A stretch of 54,474 bases of DNA from Thermoproteota archaeon (GTDB taxonomy: Archaea > Korarchaeota > Korarchaeia > Korarchaeales > JAOZGB01), in assembly GCA_027491935.1 (NCBI GenBank), contig JAOZGB010000008.1:1-54474 (forward strand), in the 5' to 3' direction. The notes under the pieces are model-generated. The model saw only the letters and a program-made list of their open reading frames with translations. It ran no database searches and was not told the DNA's origin. Positions 54,473 to 54,474 of this stretch are shown here, one piece after another; within the stretch, counting starts at the first letter, position 1; each line of letters begins with the position of its first letter. The position numbers were made by a program, and so were the translations under genes.

Positions 54473-54474
54473 CT

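Noticed and set aside
1-54474. Search for CRISPR arrays, IS elements or transposases, integrases, toxin-antitoxin pairs or known defence genes
   Set aside because: I saw no regularly spaced direct repeats, terminal inverted repeats with a transposase ORF, or integrase-like ORFs. The only tandem repeat is the 2 x 26 bp duplication at 11125-11176. The window looks like conserved core genome rather than an accessory island.

Overview
This is an archaeal chromosomal core region, densely packed on both strands with information-processing genes. I saw no rRNA genes, CRISPR array, transposase or integrase.

Recognisable content:
- Replication: a 5'-truncated Orc1/Cdc6 gene, and both subunits of the D-family DNA polymerase (DP1 at 965-2425, DP2 at 40318-43731).
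- Transcription block rpoH-rpoB-rpoA-L30e-NusA-S12-S7, followed by EF-1alpha-S10. rpoA is a single unsplit 1263-aa gene.
- A partial ribosomal operon, L3-L4-L23-L2-S19, that stops abruptly at a tRNA.
- An eS30-Nop5-fibrillarin operon and an S8e-SRP19-Gar1 operon.
- Thermosome, archaeal GAPDH, Elp3, Trm1, RNase HII, GlyRS, ABCE1, an Sm protein, GcvH and an Elf1-like zinc ribbon.
- Lone subunits of pyruvate:ferredoxin oxidoreductase (gamma) and ADP-forming acetyl-CoA synthetase (alpha).
- Seven tRNA genes, four of which appear to carry introns. One tRNA-Tyr has three and one tRNA-Lys has two.
- Two conserved small genes absent from the ORF track, found by hand translation: eS30 (16176-16334) and Sec61-beta (45256-45414).

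PolD together with unsplit rpoA, Elf1, eS30 and multi-intron tRNAs points, by inference only, to a non-crenarchaeal TACK/Thermoproteota-type lineage.

I found no clear mobile or defence island. The best candidates for poorly understood biology are:
- a stand-alone short SMC/Rad50-like ATPase;
- a nuclease-less Hef helicase coupled to a Zn-ribbon protein and followed by orphan ORFs;
- a MoxR-VWA pair flanked by winged-helix proteins;
- a COG2433/DUF460-type RNase H-fold coiled-coil protein;
- the broken ribosomal operon junction.

All protein family calls rest on motif recognition by eye, not on database searches.
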